A stretch of 51,191 nucleotides of DNA from Bdellovibrionota bacterium FG-2 (GTDB lineage Bacteria; Bdellovibrionota; UBA1018), in contig JBBCAV010000280.1 in NCBI GenBank assembly GCA_051382305.1, forward strand, positions 1 to 51,191, read 5' to 3'. How positions within the stretch are numbered: the first letter of the stretch is position 1; the number at the start of each line of letters is the position of its first letter. Below, piece after piece: positions 37,916-48,126 of this stretch. Below the pieces are notes generated by a model. It did no database searches, was not told the DNA's origin, and was given only the letters and a program-made list of their open reading frames with translations. The translations under genes and the position numbers were made by a program.

Positions 37916-38839
37916 ATGTCCTCCACACTCTCCCCGCAAATTTATAGCCGCGCCGTGGAAATCAGTTCGCGTTACAAAAAGGCCGAAGCAGAACTCTTAG
38001 AAATTCTCGATCAAGTCGATCGTCACCGCGTTTATCTCACGCACGGCCACTCAAGCCTGTTTCTTTACGTCGTTTGTGAATTGGGACTCTCAGAGAGCAT
38101 GGCTTACAATCTCATCACCGTTTCGCGCAAAGCACGCCAAGTGCCCGAGGTCAAAACTTTGATCGCTAATGGTTCGATGACTCTCTCCAGCGCCCGAAGA
38201 ATTACTTCGGTATTAACTCCCCAGAACAAAACCGAGTGGCTAGAAAAGGCCGCCACCCTTACCCAGCGACAACTTGAAAAAGAAGTCGCTAAGGTTCGGC
38301 CGCAAGCTGCGGTGCCTGAGGGTGCGAGCTATATCTCAGGAGATCGAGTCAAATTGCAGGTTTGCCTATCCGAAAAAGACATGCTTGCCCTAAGACGCGT
38401 GCAAGATCTTTTGAGCCAGGCCCGCGGCCGGGCGGTTTCACTTGAAGAAACCATTACAACAATGACTCAAGAACATTTGAAACGCTTTGATCCTGTAATG
38501 CGCGCTAAGCGACAGATTGCGAAAAAGGGCGTGCCCTTCGGCACGCCCTTCGGCACGCAACCTGACGCGAGTCAGGCGAAAATCGCCCAGCAAAGAGTCC
38601 CCATCCCGGCCAACCTCCTGCATCAAATTCGACTTCGAGATCAGGGCCGATGCACCTACACCCATGATAACGGGAAGCGCTGCAACCAAAGCAGGTGGGT
38701 CGAGATTCATCATAAAATCCCCGTATCTGAAGGAGGGCCCAATACGCTAGAGAATCTGACTACTCATTACTCATCACACCATGACTGGATTCACACACTC
38801 CAAACAGAACCCCCAACCACAGCACGCCCAGCTAGTTGA
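37916..38839 (+). CDS. HNH endonuclease with helical N-terminal (DUF222-like) region
   Basis: GHSSLFLY...LGLSE..AY N-terminus; RDQGRC...RC...EIHHKIPVSEGG.N..ENL HNH motif; 12-bp duplication GCCCTTCGGCAC at 38533-38556. Confidence 0.88.
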   Translation: MSSTLSPQIYSRAVEISSRYKKAEAELLEILDQVDRHRVYLTHGHSSLFLYVVCELGLSESMAYNLITVSRKARQVPEVKTLIANGSMTLSSARRITSVLTPQNKTEWLEKAATLTQRQLEKEVAKVRPQAAVPEGASYISGDRVKLQVCLSEKDMLALRRVQDLLSQARGRAVSLEETITTMTQEHLKRFDPVMRAKRQIAKKGVPFGTPFGTQPDASQAKIAQQRVPIPANLLHQIRLRDQGRCTYTHDNGKRCNQSRWVEIHHKIPVSEGGPNTLENLTTHYSSHHDWIHTLQTEPPTTARPAS

Positions 38840-38939
38840 CGCGCCCATTAAGCCAAAGGCGTGCTCCCCACGCCACCTTTTCTCTAGAACCCAACTCCAG
38901 CTTCAAGTAGATTATTCGCTAGGAAAGGACCTTTTCCCC

Positions 38940-41738
38940 ATGGCCGGCAAAAACTTGAACTCCTTTGGAACCGCAAACACGCTCTCTGTCGGAGGCAAAT
39001 CCTACAACTACCACTCACTCAAGGCCCTTTCTTCCCGATTCAACTTAAGCCGCATGCCCTTTTCCCTTAAGGTTCTCCTGGAAAATCTTCTGAGAAACGA
39101 AGACGGCATTGCCGTTAAGAAAAAAGACATCGAATCCCTCCTCAACTGGAATCCCAAAGCGCAAAACGAAAACGAAATCCAATTCATGCCCGCGCGCGTA
39201 TTGCTCCAAGACTTCACCGGAGTGCCTGCCATCGCCGATCTCGCGGCCATGAGAGCGGCACTAAATAAATTGGGCGGCAACGCAAACCTCATTAATCCCC
39301 TGCAACCGGCCGATCTCGTCATCGATCACTCGGTTCAGATCGACCAATACGGCACCTCACTGGCAATGAGCAAAAACGCGGAGCTTGAATTTGATCGCAA
39401 CCGCGAGCGCTACGCGTTCCTAAGATGGGGCCAATCCGCATTTCAGAATTTCCGAGTGGTTCCGCCCGACACCGGAATCGTTCACCAAGTCAACCTCGAG
39501 TTTCTTGCCCATGTCGCAATGACCGCAGAGACTGATGGCAAAACTTGGGTTTACCCCGACACGCTCATTGGTACAGACTCACACACGACGATGATTAACG
39601 GTTTAGGCTGCCTCGGTTGGGGCGTCGGCGGAATTGAAGCCGAGGCTGCCCTTTTAGGTCAGCCATGCACAATGTTGATTCCTCCGGTTGTGGGCTTTAA
39701 ATTTACGGGAAAACCCAACCCAGGAACGACGGCAACTGACCTCGTTCTCACCGTCACCCAAATGCTTCGCAAAAAAGGTGTCGTTGGGAAGTTCGTCGAA
39801 TTCTTCGGCCCGGGTCTCAGGGCACTCACGCTCGCCGATCGCGCCACCATCGCTAACATGGCTCCCGAATTCGGTGCTACCGCTGGCCTTTTTCCAGTGG
39901 ATCGCATCACAACCGATTATCTCGCACTTACGGGTCGCGCGGAGAACGTCGCGCTTGTTGACACTTATTTTCAGGCGCAAGGCATGTGGTTTTCTCCGGA
40001 TCAACCCGAGCCCACCTACTCCGACTTGCTTGAACTTGATCTCTCAAAAGTGGAGCCCTGCCTCGCAGGTCCCGCGCGTCCTCAAGATCGCGTGACGTTA
40101 AAAGACGCTCGTCTATCATTCCGCACGTCCCTTGCGGCTTTGATGCAAGACAAGATCAACGGAACAGATAAAGACAAGAAAGCTCTCACGGATTGGGCAG
40201 CTGAAGGCGGATGCCCTGTCGCACTTGCCCCTGAACTTGAACCTTTGACCGAAGCGCAAACCCGCGAAACACTCCATAAAGCCATCGCGGTCAAACAACC
40301 CGACGGAGCGTCCTACAACCTTCGCCATGGCTCAGTCGTCATCGCAGCCATCACCAGCTGTACCAACACTTCAAATCCAAGCGTGCTCATTGCGGCAGGT
40401 CTGCTTGCCAAGAACGCCGTTCAACGCGGATTGAACGTGAAACCTTGGGTAAAAACCTCTCTCGCGCCAGGATCCAAATGTGTCACCGACTATCTTACAG
40501 AATCGGGGCTGATGAGTTACCTCGAAGGCTTGCACTTTCACGTCGCAGGTTACGGCTGCACGACTTGCATCGGAAACTCGGGGCCCCTGCCTGAGCACAT
40601 TGCAAAGGCGATTACCGAGGGTGATTTAGCGGTCGCTTCTGTGCTTTCAGGCAATCGAAACTTCGAAGGCCGCGTGCACACCCAAGTCCGCGCAAACTAC
40701 CTGGCCTCGCCTCCCTTAGTTGTGGCTTATGCGATTGCCGGCAACATGAATATCAATCTGACTCGTGACCCCGTTGGGATCGACCCCAATGGCGAGCCGG
40801 TTTACCTCAAAGACATTTGGCCTGCGCGCGAGCAAATTGATGAAATGTGCGGGAAATATGTGACGGCTGCACAGTTTAAGAAGAGTTACTCAGACGTTTT
40901 CAAGGGCGATAAGAACTGGCGAGAGCTCAATATCCCTACCGGCGACCTCTACGCTTGGGATGCAAAATCAACCTACATCAAAGAGCCTCCGTTTTTCGAA
41001 GGCATTACCGCTCAACCCGCGCCCATCACCGACATCACGGGAGCTCGCGTGCTGGCGATGCTTGGGGATTCTATTACAACGGATCATATTTCTCCGGCCG
41101 GCTCATTCGGAAAGACTTCGGCCGCGGGCAAATACCTCATGAGCCTAGGGGTCGACGCGAAGGACTTCAACTCCTACGGCGCACGTCGTGGAAACCACGA
41201 AGTCATGGCCAGAGGAACTTTTGCCAATGTTCGAATTAAAAACGAACTAGTGCCGGGGGTTGAAGGCGGAGTCACACGTCATCTTCCTGACGGTACACAA
41301 ATGTCGATTTTTGATGCATCACAAAAATATGTTCGAGATAATATCCCACTCCTCATCATTGCGGGTAAAGAATACGGAACGGGATCTTCACGCGACTGGG
41401 CGGCCAAAGGGCCTAAACTACAGGGCATTCGCGCCGTTATAGCCGAAAGTTTTGAGCGCATTCATCGCTCTAACCTTGTCGGAATGGGAATTCTGCCTTT
41501 GCAATTCCAAGCCGGCGAAACTCGCAAGACTTTGGGACTCACAGGCGATGAGACTTTTGAAATTTCAGGCCTTGACTCTTTGACCCCCGGTCAAAAAGTC
41601 ACCGTGCGCCTGAAAGGGGCCGACGGCATAAAGAAGGAGATCACCACCCTTTGCCGAATCGACACGCCCAATGAATTGGAATATTTCAGAAACGGCGGGA
41701 TTTTACCCTACGTCTTGAGACAAACACTAAAGAAATAA
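38940..41738 (+). CDS. acnA: aconitate hydratase A
   Basis: QDFTGVP, DHSVQ, DSHT, SCTNTSNP, GCTTCIGNSG, TDHISPAG and GSSRDWAAKG; start revised to ATG 38940 (RBS AAAGGA). Confidence 0.97.
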   Translation: MAGKNLNSFGTANTLSVGGKSYNYHSLKALSSRFNLSRMPFSLKVLLENLLRNEDGIAVKKKDIESLLNWNPKAQNENEIQFMPARVLLQDFTGVPAIADLAAMRAALNKLGGNANLINPLQPADLVIDHSVQIDQYGTSLAMSKNAELEFDRNRERYAFLRWGQSAFQNFRVVPPDTGIVHQVNLEFLAHVAMTAETDGKTWVYPDTLIGTDSHTTMINGLGCLGWGVGGIEAEAALLGQPCTMLIPPVVGFKFTGKPNPGTTATDLVLTVTQMLRKKGVVGKFVEFFGPGLRALTLADRATIANMAPEFGATAGLFPVDRITTDYLALTGRAENVALVDTYFQAQGMWFSPDQPEPTYSDLLELDLSKVEPCLAGPARPQDRVTLKDARLSFRTSLAALMQDKINGTDKDKKALTDWAAEGGCPVALAPELEPLTEAQTRETLHKAIAVKQPDGASYNLRHGSVVIAAITSCTNTSNPSVLIAAGLLAKNAVQRGLNVKPWVKTSLAPGSKCVTDYLTESGLMSYLEGLHFHVAGYGCTTCIGNSGPLPEHIAKAITEGDLAVASVLSGNRNFEGRVHTQVRANYLASPPLVVAYAIAGNMNINLTRDPVGIDPNGEPVYLKDIWPAREQIDEMCGKYVTAAQFKKSYSDVFKGDKNWRELNIPTGDLYAWDAKSTYIKEPPFFEGITAQPAPITDITGARVLAMLGDSITTDHISPAGSFGKTSAAGKYLMSLGVDAKDFNSYGARRGNHEVMARGTFANVRIKNELVPGVEGGVTRHLPDGTQMSIFDASQKYVRDNIPLLIIAGKEYGTGSSRDWAAKGPKLQGIRAVIAESFERIHRSNLVGMGILPLQFQAGETRKTLGLTGDETFEISGLDSLTPGQKVTVRLKGADGIKKEITTLCRIDTPNELEYFRNGGILPYVLRQTLKK

Positions 41739-41817
41739 GCCACAAGCTTTTATTGATATCTCTGCAGCCTCAGGTACACTTTGGGAAAGACTAATTCAAC
41801 CCCGAGGGCTGCGTCCT

Positions 41818-43764
41818 ATGTTTCAAGATAAATCACTGAAGTTTCGTCTTAGAGCCATGTTTCTGCTCAGTGCCGCGTTTCTTTTTATCGTAGGCACCGG
41901 AGGGGCGATTTCTCTTAAAATGGTTTCCTCGCGCTATGAGCATATTGCGAAGGTGAATCTCAAGGCTGTGGATTGGCTGGGGGATATGGATGCCAACGTC
42001 AAATACATGTTCGCCCGTATTCTTCAAATTACCCTCGTGGGAAACACTCCTGAGGAGCAAGAAAAGCTTCAAAAGCAAATTCTAGAAAACAAAGGCGCAT
42101 ATCAAACCGCGGAAGCCCAATTCGCCACTATCGTGCAAGGCGAAGACGAAGAAGTAAAACTTTTAGCGACGCTTCAAGAAAAGTGGAAAGCTCTCTCCGA
42201 TTTCTTCGACAAAACACTTCCATTGGCTCCCTCTACAAGTCCGCAGGATCGTCAGAAATTCGCAGACGAATATCGCGGAGAATTCAAAAAAGCTCGCCAT
42301 GAATTTGCTCATGCTCTGGATGCGCTCACGGACTACCACAACAAACAAGCCGAAACCTGGGTTGCTTCTGCTCAAAAAACCGCGCGCAATGCCAACATCA
42401 TCACGCTCCTCCTAGCCATTATTGGGTTCGTATCAAGCTTAGTGATGGGCGAGTTGTTCACCCGAGGCCTCTCCCAAAGCTTCGCTGGCACCACCGAAAG
42501 TCTGCAAAAAGGCGCCGATCAAGTGGGATCTTCATCGCGCGAGGTGTTCGCCTCCTCCGAGTCACTCGCCTCAAGCGTCACCGAGCAGGCCGCAGCCCTT
42601 CAGCAAACGTCATCTGCTGTCGAAGAGCTGAGCGCCATGGTGGCCCGCAACGCCGAAAGCGCTGCCAAGTCCCGAAATGTTTCAGCCGCAAGCTCGCAGG
42701 CCGCCCAACAAGGCAAGCAAGCTGTCGAAGAAACCGTGCGCGCCATTGGCGAAATCGACAAGAGCAATGGCGAGATCAGTCTCGAGATAGAGACTAACAA
42801 TCGCGAAATCAACAACATCGTAAAGGTCATCGCGGAAATTGGCGATAAAACCAAAGTCATCAACGACATCGTTTTTCAAACCAAACTCTTGAGCTTTAAC
42901 GCCTCAGTCGAAGCCGCTCGCGCTGGCGAACAAGGCAAGGGATTTGCCGTCGTCGCAGAAGAGGTGGGAAACCTGGCCCAAATGAGCGGTAACGCCGCCA
43001 AAGAGATTACGGATATGTTGGCCGAAGGTATCCGAAAAGTTGAAGCCATCGTGCAACAAACCTCCGCACGCGTTCAGCAACTGATCGCCCAAGGAAAAGA
43101 CAAAGTCGCCCACGGCGTCAGCGTCGTTCAGAAAACCGGACAAGTCTTGGACGAAGTCGTCGATAACGTCGCAAAAGTGGACAACCTTATTAATGAGATC
43201 TCGTCTGCGTCGAACGAGCAAGACACGGGATTGCGCGAAATCGTCAAAGCCGTCAATGAACTTGAAAAATCCAATCAATTGAATTCCAGCGCGTCTTCGC
43301 AAACCGCAAAAGCTTCACTGGCACTCTCCAATCAAGCCGAAGGCCTCCGCTCCGTCGTTGGGCAACTCCTCTCAACCATTGAAGGCGGCACAAGGACTGC
43401 CGTTGAACAGACCATTGACTTCGATTCTGCAATCAGTGCCCATATCGATTGGAAGATGAAACTCTCAAATTATATTGCGCATTGCGATCACTCCTTGGAC
43501 CCAAGCGTGGTCGGAGCGGATAACAAATGCGCGTTGGGCAAATGGGTTTACGGACCCGGCGCAGAGCACTCCGCACACTCCGAGTTTCAAAACATGAAGA
43601 CGGAACATGCCGCTTTTCACCGCTGTGCAGGAGAGATTGTCGCGTGCGCTAATCAGGGGGACCTGACCCGCGCCGAAAAATTGATGCAGCCCGGGGCAGA
43701 GTACCTCCGAGTCTCCGAGGTTTGCGTTCATTGGATTAAGGAAATGAAGGCCAAGGTAAGTTAA
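41818..43764 (+). CDS. methyl-accepting chemotaxis protein with 4HB sensor and C-terminal CZB domain
   Basis: two TM segments; FNASVEAARAGEQGKGFAVVA; CZB ligands HIDWK, CALGKW and HAAFH; promoter TTGATA-N16-TACACT at 41753-41780. Confidence 0.95.
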   Translation: MFQDKSLKFRLRAMFLLSAAFLFIVGTGGAISLKMVSSRYEHIAKVNLKAVDWLGDMDANVKYMFARILQITLVGNTPEEQEKLQKQILENKGAYQTAEAQFATIVQGEDEEVKLLATLQEKWKALSDFFDKTLPLAPSTSPQDRQKFADEYRGEFKKARHEFAHALDALTDYHNKQAETWVASAQKTARNANIITLLLAIIGFVSSLVMGELFTRGLSQSFAGTTESLQKGADQVGSSSREVFASSESLASSVTEQAAALQQTSSAVEELSAMVARNAESAAKSRNVSAASSQAAQQGKQAVEETVRAIGEIDKSNGEISLEIETNNREINNIVKVIAEIGDKTKVINDIVFQTKLLSFNASVEAARAGEQGKGFAVVAEEVGNLAQMSGNAAKEITDMLAEGIRKVEAIVQQTSARVQQLIAQGKDKVAHGVSVVQKTGQVLDEVVDNVAKVDNLINEISSASNEQDTGLREIVKAVNELEKSNQLNSSASSQTAKASLALSNQAEGLRSVVGQLLSTIEGGTRTAVEQTIDFDSAISAHIDWKMKLSNYIAHCDHSLDPSVVGADNKCALGKWVYGPGAEHSAHSEFQNMKTEHAAFHRCAGEIVACANQGDLTRAEKLMQPGAEYLRVSEVCVHWIKEMKAKVS

Positions 43765-43821
43765 GGGACAGGCTAGTTTTCCTATTGCCATTAAGCCCCT
43801 CGCCCATGGTAAAAGAGAGGG

Positions 43822-44733
43822 ATGAAAGCACTTATCTTTTTGACGCTAATAAGTTCAATGAGTTCAATTATGAGTTCGACAAGTTTTGCCCAAACCTGGA
43901 ACGGCCGAATCTTTCTAGGCCAAACTGGCCAAGAAATCACGAATGCACAACTCATTGACGATCTCGCCTCAAGTGACGTCGTCGTCTTAGGTGAAAAACA
44001 CTACACCCCTGCCATCCAGCAGGCCCAGGGACTCCTCATCGATGAAACGATGAGCACTTTCAAACTGGGAACACCTTTTTTGACCGCTTGGGAATTCTTG
44101 GATTTTTCCTCGCAACCCCGCATTAGCGACCTCTACCACCAATTCTTTGCCAACATGATCGATGTGAACGCTCTTTTATTTGGCCTCATGGGCAGCAGCA
44201 ATTCCATGAGCTATGCGCCGATTTTTGAAGCCACCAAAAAACATGGCGGCGGCTTCTTAGGCGTCAATCTGACTCGCGAGCAGAAAGCCCCCATTCTTCA
44301 GGGCGGCCTTGAAGCCGTTGATCAGAACCTAATTCCTCCTGGATTTGAAATGGGCGGGGCCAACTATTATGCCCGTTTTGAAGAAGCGATGGGAGGCGGA
44401 CACGCAACACCGGACCAAGTTCAGCGCTACTTCATCGCCCAATGCCTCACGGACGACGTCATCGCTTATCATCTCTTGAACGACCTCCCAGACGGCAGGC
44501 CCGTGGAAAAGCGTTTTCTAATCGAGGGAAGTTTTCATACGGACTATTTGGATGGCACGGTAGCGCGAATCAAAGTCCGCGCACCGGCTGCGCGAGTGCA
44601 CACGGTTTCCCTGGTTGACGCTTCGGATTACTCAGAGAGCGAACTCCTGGAACTCTTGCCCACACTCTTGAATGACCCCCAATATGGCCCCCTGGGGGAT
44701 AGCATCTTTTTTGTTAACGAGCCATCACGCTAG
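43822..44733 (+). CDS. ChaN-family (heme-uptake/TIKI superfamily) secreted protein
   Basis: signal peptide; DVVVLGEKH, AWEF, AQC..D and GSFH motifs. Confidence 0.75.
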   Translation: MKALIFLTLISSMSSIMSSTSFAQTWNGRIFLGQTGQEITNAQLIDDLASSDVVVLGEKHYTPAIQQAQGLLIDETMSTFKLGTPFLTAWEFLDFSSQPRISDLYHQFFANMIDVNALLFGLMGSSNSMSYAPIFEATKKHGGGFLGVNLTREQKAPILQGGLEAVDQNLIPPGFEMGGANYYARFEEAMGGGHATPDQVQRYFIAQCLTDDVIAYHLLNDLPDGRPVEKRFLIEGSFHTDYLDGTVARIKVRAPAARVHTVSLVDASDYSESELLELLPTLLNDPQYGPLGDSIFFVNEPSR

Positions 44734-44744
44734 GGGCACAGGTC

Positions 44745-46467
44745 ATGGACAAATTTATCAACGAAAAGTTTCTAAACCAACCCCTTTCCCGACGACGCGC
44801 GATACAACTTTTAAGTGCGGGTACTCTAAGTATCTTATCTTCAAGGTTGCAGTTCTATATTTCAAGGAACCAAAAAGGACACTGAAGCCAGAGGCGATTT
44901 TTTTCGAGACTTAAGCCCCATTGATCGCAGCATCGGAGACATCGCAACGGCCGCTTATACCGGGGACATTCCCACAAAAGCCCACGCCATTCTTTGGGAC
45001 AAAGCGTCCCATCTTGCCTCACTGCCGGGAGGAAAACTTCCCTCACCCGATGAAAGAGTTCCTCTCGTCATTATAGGCGGCGGGATCTCTGGCCTTTCAA
45101 GCGCCTATCTCCTACGAGGCCATCACCCCGTTGTCTTAGAGGCCGGTCCACGTTTAGGCGGAACCGCGCGCGGAGGATCCTGGAGAGGAATCGATTATTC
45201 CATTGGCGCCGCGTATTTTCTGGAGCAAAAAAAGGACTCGGCCATTCGAAAACTTTACGAAGAGATTGGGCTCCCTGAAATCTGGACCGTGAAAAAGGAC
45301 GAAGACCCGATGAACTATCACGGCGGCCTGATCAACGGTTTTTGGGAAGGTCACACCGCACCTCAAAAGAAGAGGCAGTTCCTCGCACTTTCAAAGCATT
45401 TTAATGATCTTTGGACGAGTTCAAACGGCAAACGTTATCCCTCAATCCCCGTCGAGGACGCCTCTCTTCGGGATTGGGTCAACGAACTGGATCGCATGAA
45501 TTTTCACGAGTATCTTGAGAAAATCGTGGGTGGAAAACTGCACCCGCATATTGAAGCGACTTTAGAATACTATTTTTGGTCGACCTTTGGCGCCTCTCAT
45601 CGCGAGCTCAGTGCTGCAGCCGGAATGAACTCCTATGCGGCCGAATTTGGCGAAATCTATGCAACCCCCGGCGGCAATTCTGGCGTGGCCGAAAGGTTTT
45701 TCTCAAAAACTCTCGCCAGTGGCGTGAAGGCCGAGAACTTTCGAACAAACAGCGTCGTCTTTGACGTAGAAGTCGACGGAGACCACGTCAAAATCGCCTA
45801 TGTAGATTCCGCTAAAAGAACCCGAGTGATTGAAGCCAAATCCTTGATTATTTGCAGTCAGAAATTTATCGCGGCGAAAATGCTCCAGGGAATGGAACCC
45901 GAGCGAAGCGCGGCCATCAAGGATTTGAAATATCGCGCCTACCTCGTCGCCAACGTCTTGATTGATCAAGTTCCGGAGCGAAGATTTTATGATATGTTCT
46001 TGCTCGGAGAGGGCAAGGTCGACTCTCGCAAGCCCCGCGAGGAATTTGCCCGAAAAGGCAGCACAGACGTGATCCTGGCGACCTTTGCTAAAGCGCATCC
46101 TTCAAAGTCTGTTCTGACACTTTACCGTGGAGCCCCTTACGATCAGGGCGCCAGCGAAATATTGGGCGACGGCTCATTTCAAAAATTCCACAGCGAATTT
46201 GAGAAACAAGTTTTTGCGGAGATCTTGCCGCTGCTTAAAATCCCTGGAGGCTCCGTGATTGATTTGCGGGTCGCCCGCTGGGGGCATGCGATGTCTTTGT
46301 CCGAAAAAGGACTCATCGCAAGCGGCAAGACCGACATCTTGCGCAAGCCCTTTAGAGATCGGGTCTTTTTTGTACATCAAGACAACTGGATGTTCCCTGC
46401 CATTGAGACATCTTTGGGGGAGGCGCTGCACTTTGCGCCGCAGGTGGAGAAAATACTTAGGGCTTAA
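44745..46467 (+). pseudogene. Tat-lipoprotein FAD-dependent oxidoreductase, frameshifted within its signal peptide (or assembly error)
   Basis: ATG 44745 gives ...PLSRRRAIQLLSAGTLS; the +1 frame from about 44833 continues SYLQGC...VIIGGGISGL...GAAYF...RWGHAM to stop 46467. Confidence 0.75.
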
Positions 46468-46943
46468 TAGACGATTCCGTCACAAAAGAGCCCCTTCAGC
46501 CAAGCTGCGAAAAAGGGATCGTCGAATTGAATCCTTCCGTGAGAGCGCGACTCATCGATAATGTGACGTGAGATTGCTGCATTGATTGCCTGGCTGACAT
46601 GGGAAGGACTTTTTATGTCGTATTGTTTGAGTAACTCCCTTGAGAACACCTTTGTTTCCTCAATGACAACCATACAATTATCCAATACCCGCGAGGCGTA
46701 CATTTTGATTTCATTTGGATCGGTTGCCACGGCCCAGTGAAGTTGATTACGCCTAAAGCTCGACAAGCCCCGCTCCATTTGATCGGTGATCACCATGCCG
46801 GGAATAAAATCGCTTTCCAACTCCTGGGAGTAGCCCTGGATCTTCTCCATCCGGAACAAGCCCGCGAGATTAATCAAGAGCAGAACGACAAAAACTGAGA
46901 TAAAGCCTAGACTGAGTTTCGATGAAATTGAAGATTGGCGCAT
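46464..46943 (-). pseudogene. chimeric remnant: MCP N-terminus fused to the C-terminus of a COG1672-like ATPase
   Basis: SISSKLSLGF + TM + 4HB start, then FSRELLKQYDIKSPSHV...IQFDDPFFAAWL. Confidence 0.55.
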
Positions 46944-47039
46944 TTTCCCCCCTTTTTCGTGATCTATCTATTGTGCAACGGAGGTTGTTTTTTTGAAATC
47001 GCAGAATCAATTTTTCCGTGGTCAATTAGGCGGTCAATT

Positions 47040-48098
47040 GTGTTGAAAAAGTCCTATTCCTTATTTGCCATTTTTTCGCTGCTCACGGCCTCGAACTCCT
47101 ACTCAGCGCAGGCTCTCGGACCGCTTGGCGTTTGGAGCGAGTGGATTCCTTATCCCCAAGTCGAAAAACATCTAGAAGAACTGTCAAAAAATCGTCTTCG
47201 CATTCATCTCGCAGTGAGACAAGACGAAGTGCGAGATCCCGCGAATTTTTCCGAGCTGGTACATCTTCTTCACGCCGCGCAAACCAAGAAAGTTGACGTT
47301 TGGATCTGGCCCCTATTGGCGCAAAAAGAAGGCTACTGGCTGAATCAATGGAACGCGCCCCAATTTAAAGCTTTTACCCTCGATCTTCTTGATAACCTCG
47401 AAGCCCAAGGAGTCTCAGTCAAAGGGGTTTCATTTGATCTGGAGCCGCCTCTTGAAAAGTTAGAGGCGCTACTGAGTTTGGCAAAAAAACTAAAACTCGC
47501 TGAGCTCACGAAAACGGCGCAGAGCTACGATGAGCCCGATCTTTTCTGCGCGGCTCGCTCTGAAATTCGTGACCTTGCTCAAACACTCCATCAGAGAAAA
47601 CTCCTCGTGCATGCGGTCACCACTCCTTTTATACTGCATGACTTCAAAAATAAAGTCACCCATCCCCGCTGTGCCGACCGGACAATGCAGCGGGTTTTGG
47701 GCATCCCACTGGATGCAGAGAATTTCGATCTGATCTCGTTTATGGCCTATCGGAGTGAGTTTAAAACAATTATTGGAGGCATCAATTCCAGACTCGTCTA
47801 CACGTATGGGCAGCGCGCCCGGGCGGCCTTTGGTGGCCAGGCGGGCCTTGATCTTGGGATTGTGGGCAATCTAACATTTCCTCACCCGCTAATCGGATAT
47901 CAAGAACCCTCACGCCTCAAAGAAGACTTAGCTGCCGCGCGGGCAGCCGGGATCGGCAATCTTCAAATTTATTCGTTGGATGGAATGGTTTTGTCCGAAG
48001 ATCCGAACCTCAGGCCCATTGCGGATTGGGTAGGCGAAGTTCAGCCTCACAAACCGGGAGTATCCATCAAATTCTCTTTATTAGACGGGCTTCTTTAA
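47040..48098 (+). CDS. secreted hypothetical protein, possible glycoside-hydrolase-like TIM barrel
   Basis: signal peptide from GTG 47040; GVSFDLEP and FMAY motifs reminiscent of DxE-type barrels. Confidence 0.55.
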   Translation: MLKKSYSLFAIFSLLTASNSYSAQALGPLGVWSEWIPYPQVEKHLEELSKNRLRIHLAVRQDEVRDPANFSELVHLLHAAQTKKVDVWIWPLLAQKEGYWLNQWNAPQFKAFTLDLLDNLEAQGVSVKGVSFDLEPPLEKLEALLSLAKKLKLAELTKTAQSYDEPDLFCAARSEIRDLAQTLHQRKLLVHAVTTPFILHDFKNKVTHPRCADRTMQRVLGIPLDAENFDLISFMAYRSEFKTIIGGINSRLVYTYGQRARAAFGGQAGLDLGIVGNLTFPHPLIGYQEPSRLKEDLAAARAAGIGNLQIYSLDGMVLSEDPNLRPIADWVGEVQPHKPGVSIKFSLLDGLL

Positions 48099-48126
48099 GT
48101 GGCCGCGGTTTCGGTGCGAAAGAATC

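Noticed and set aside
38781..38939. 53-aa N-terminal extension of AcnA
   Set aside because: Overlaps the HNH gene; RBS and family N-terminus support ATG 38940
40140..40300. Apparent insertion in AcnA (possible intein)
   Set aside because: Short, no intein splice motifs, and falls in the known variable linker of AcnA proteins
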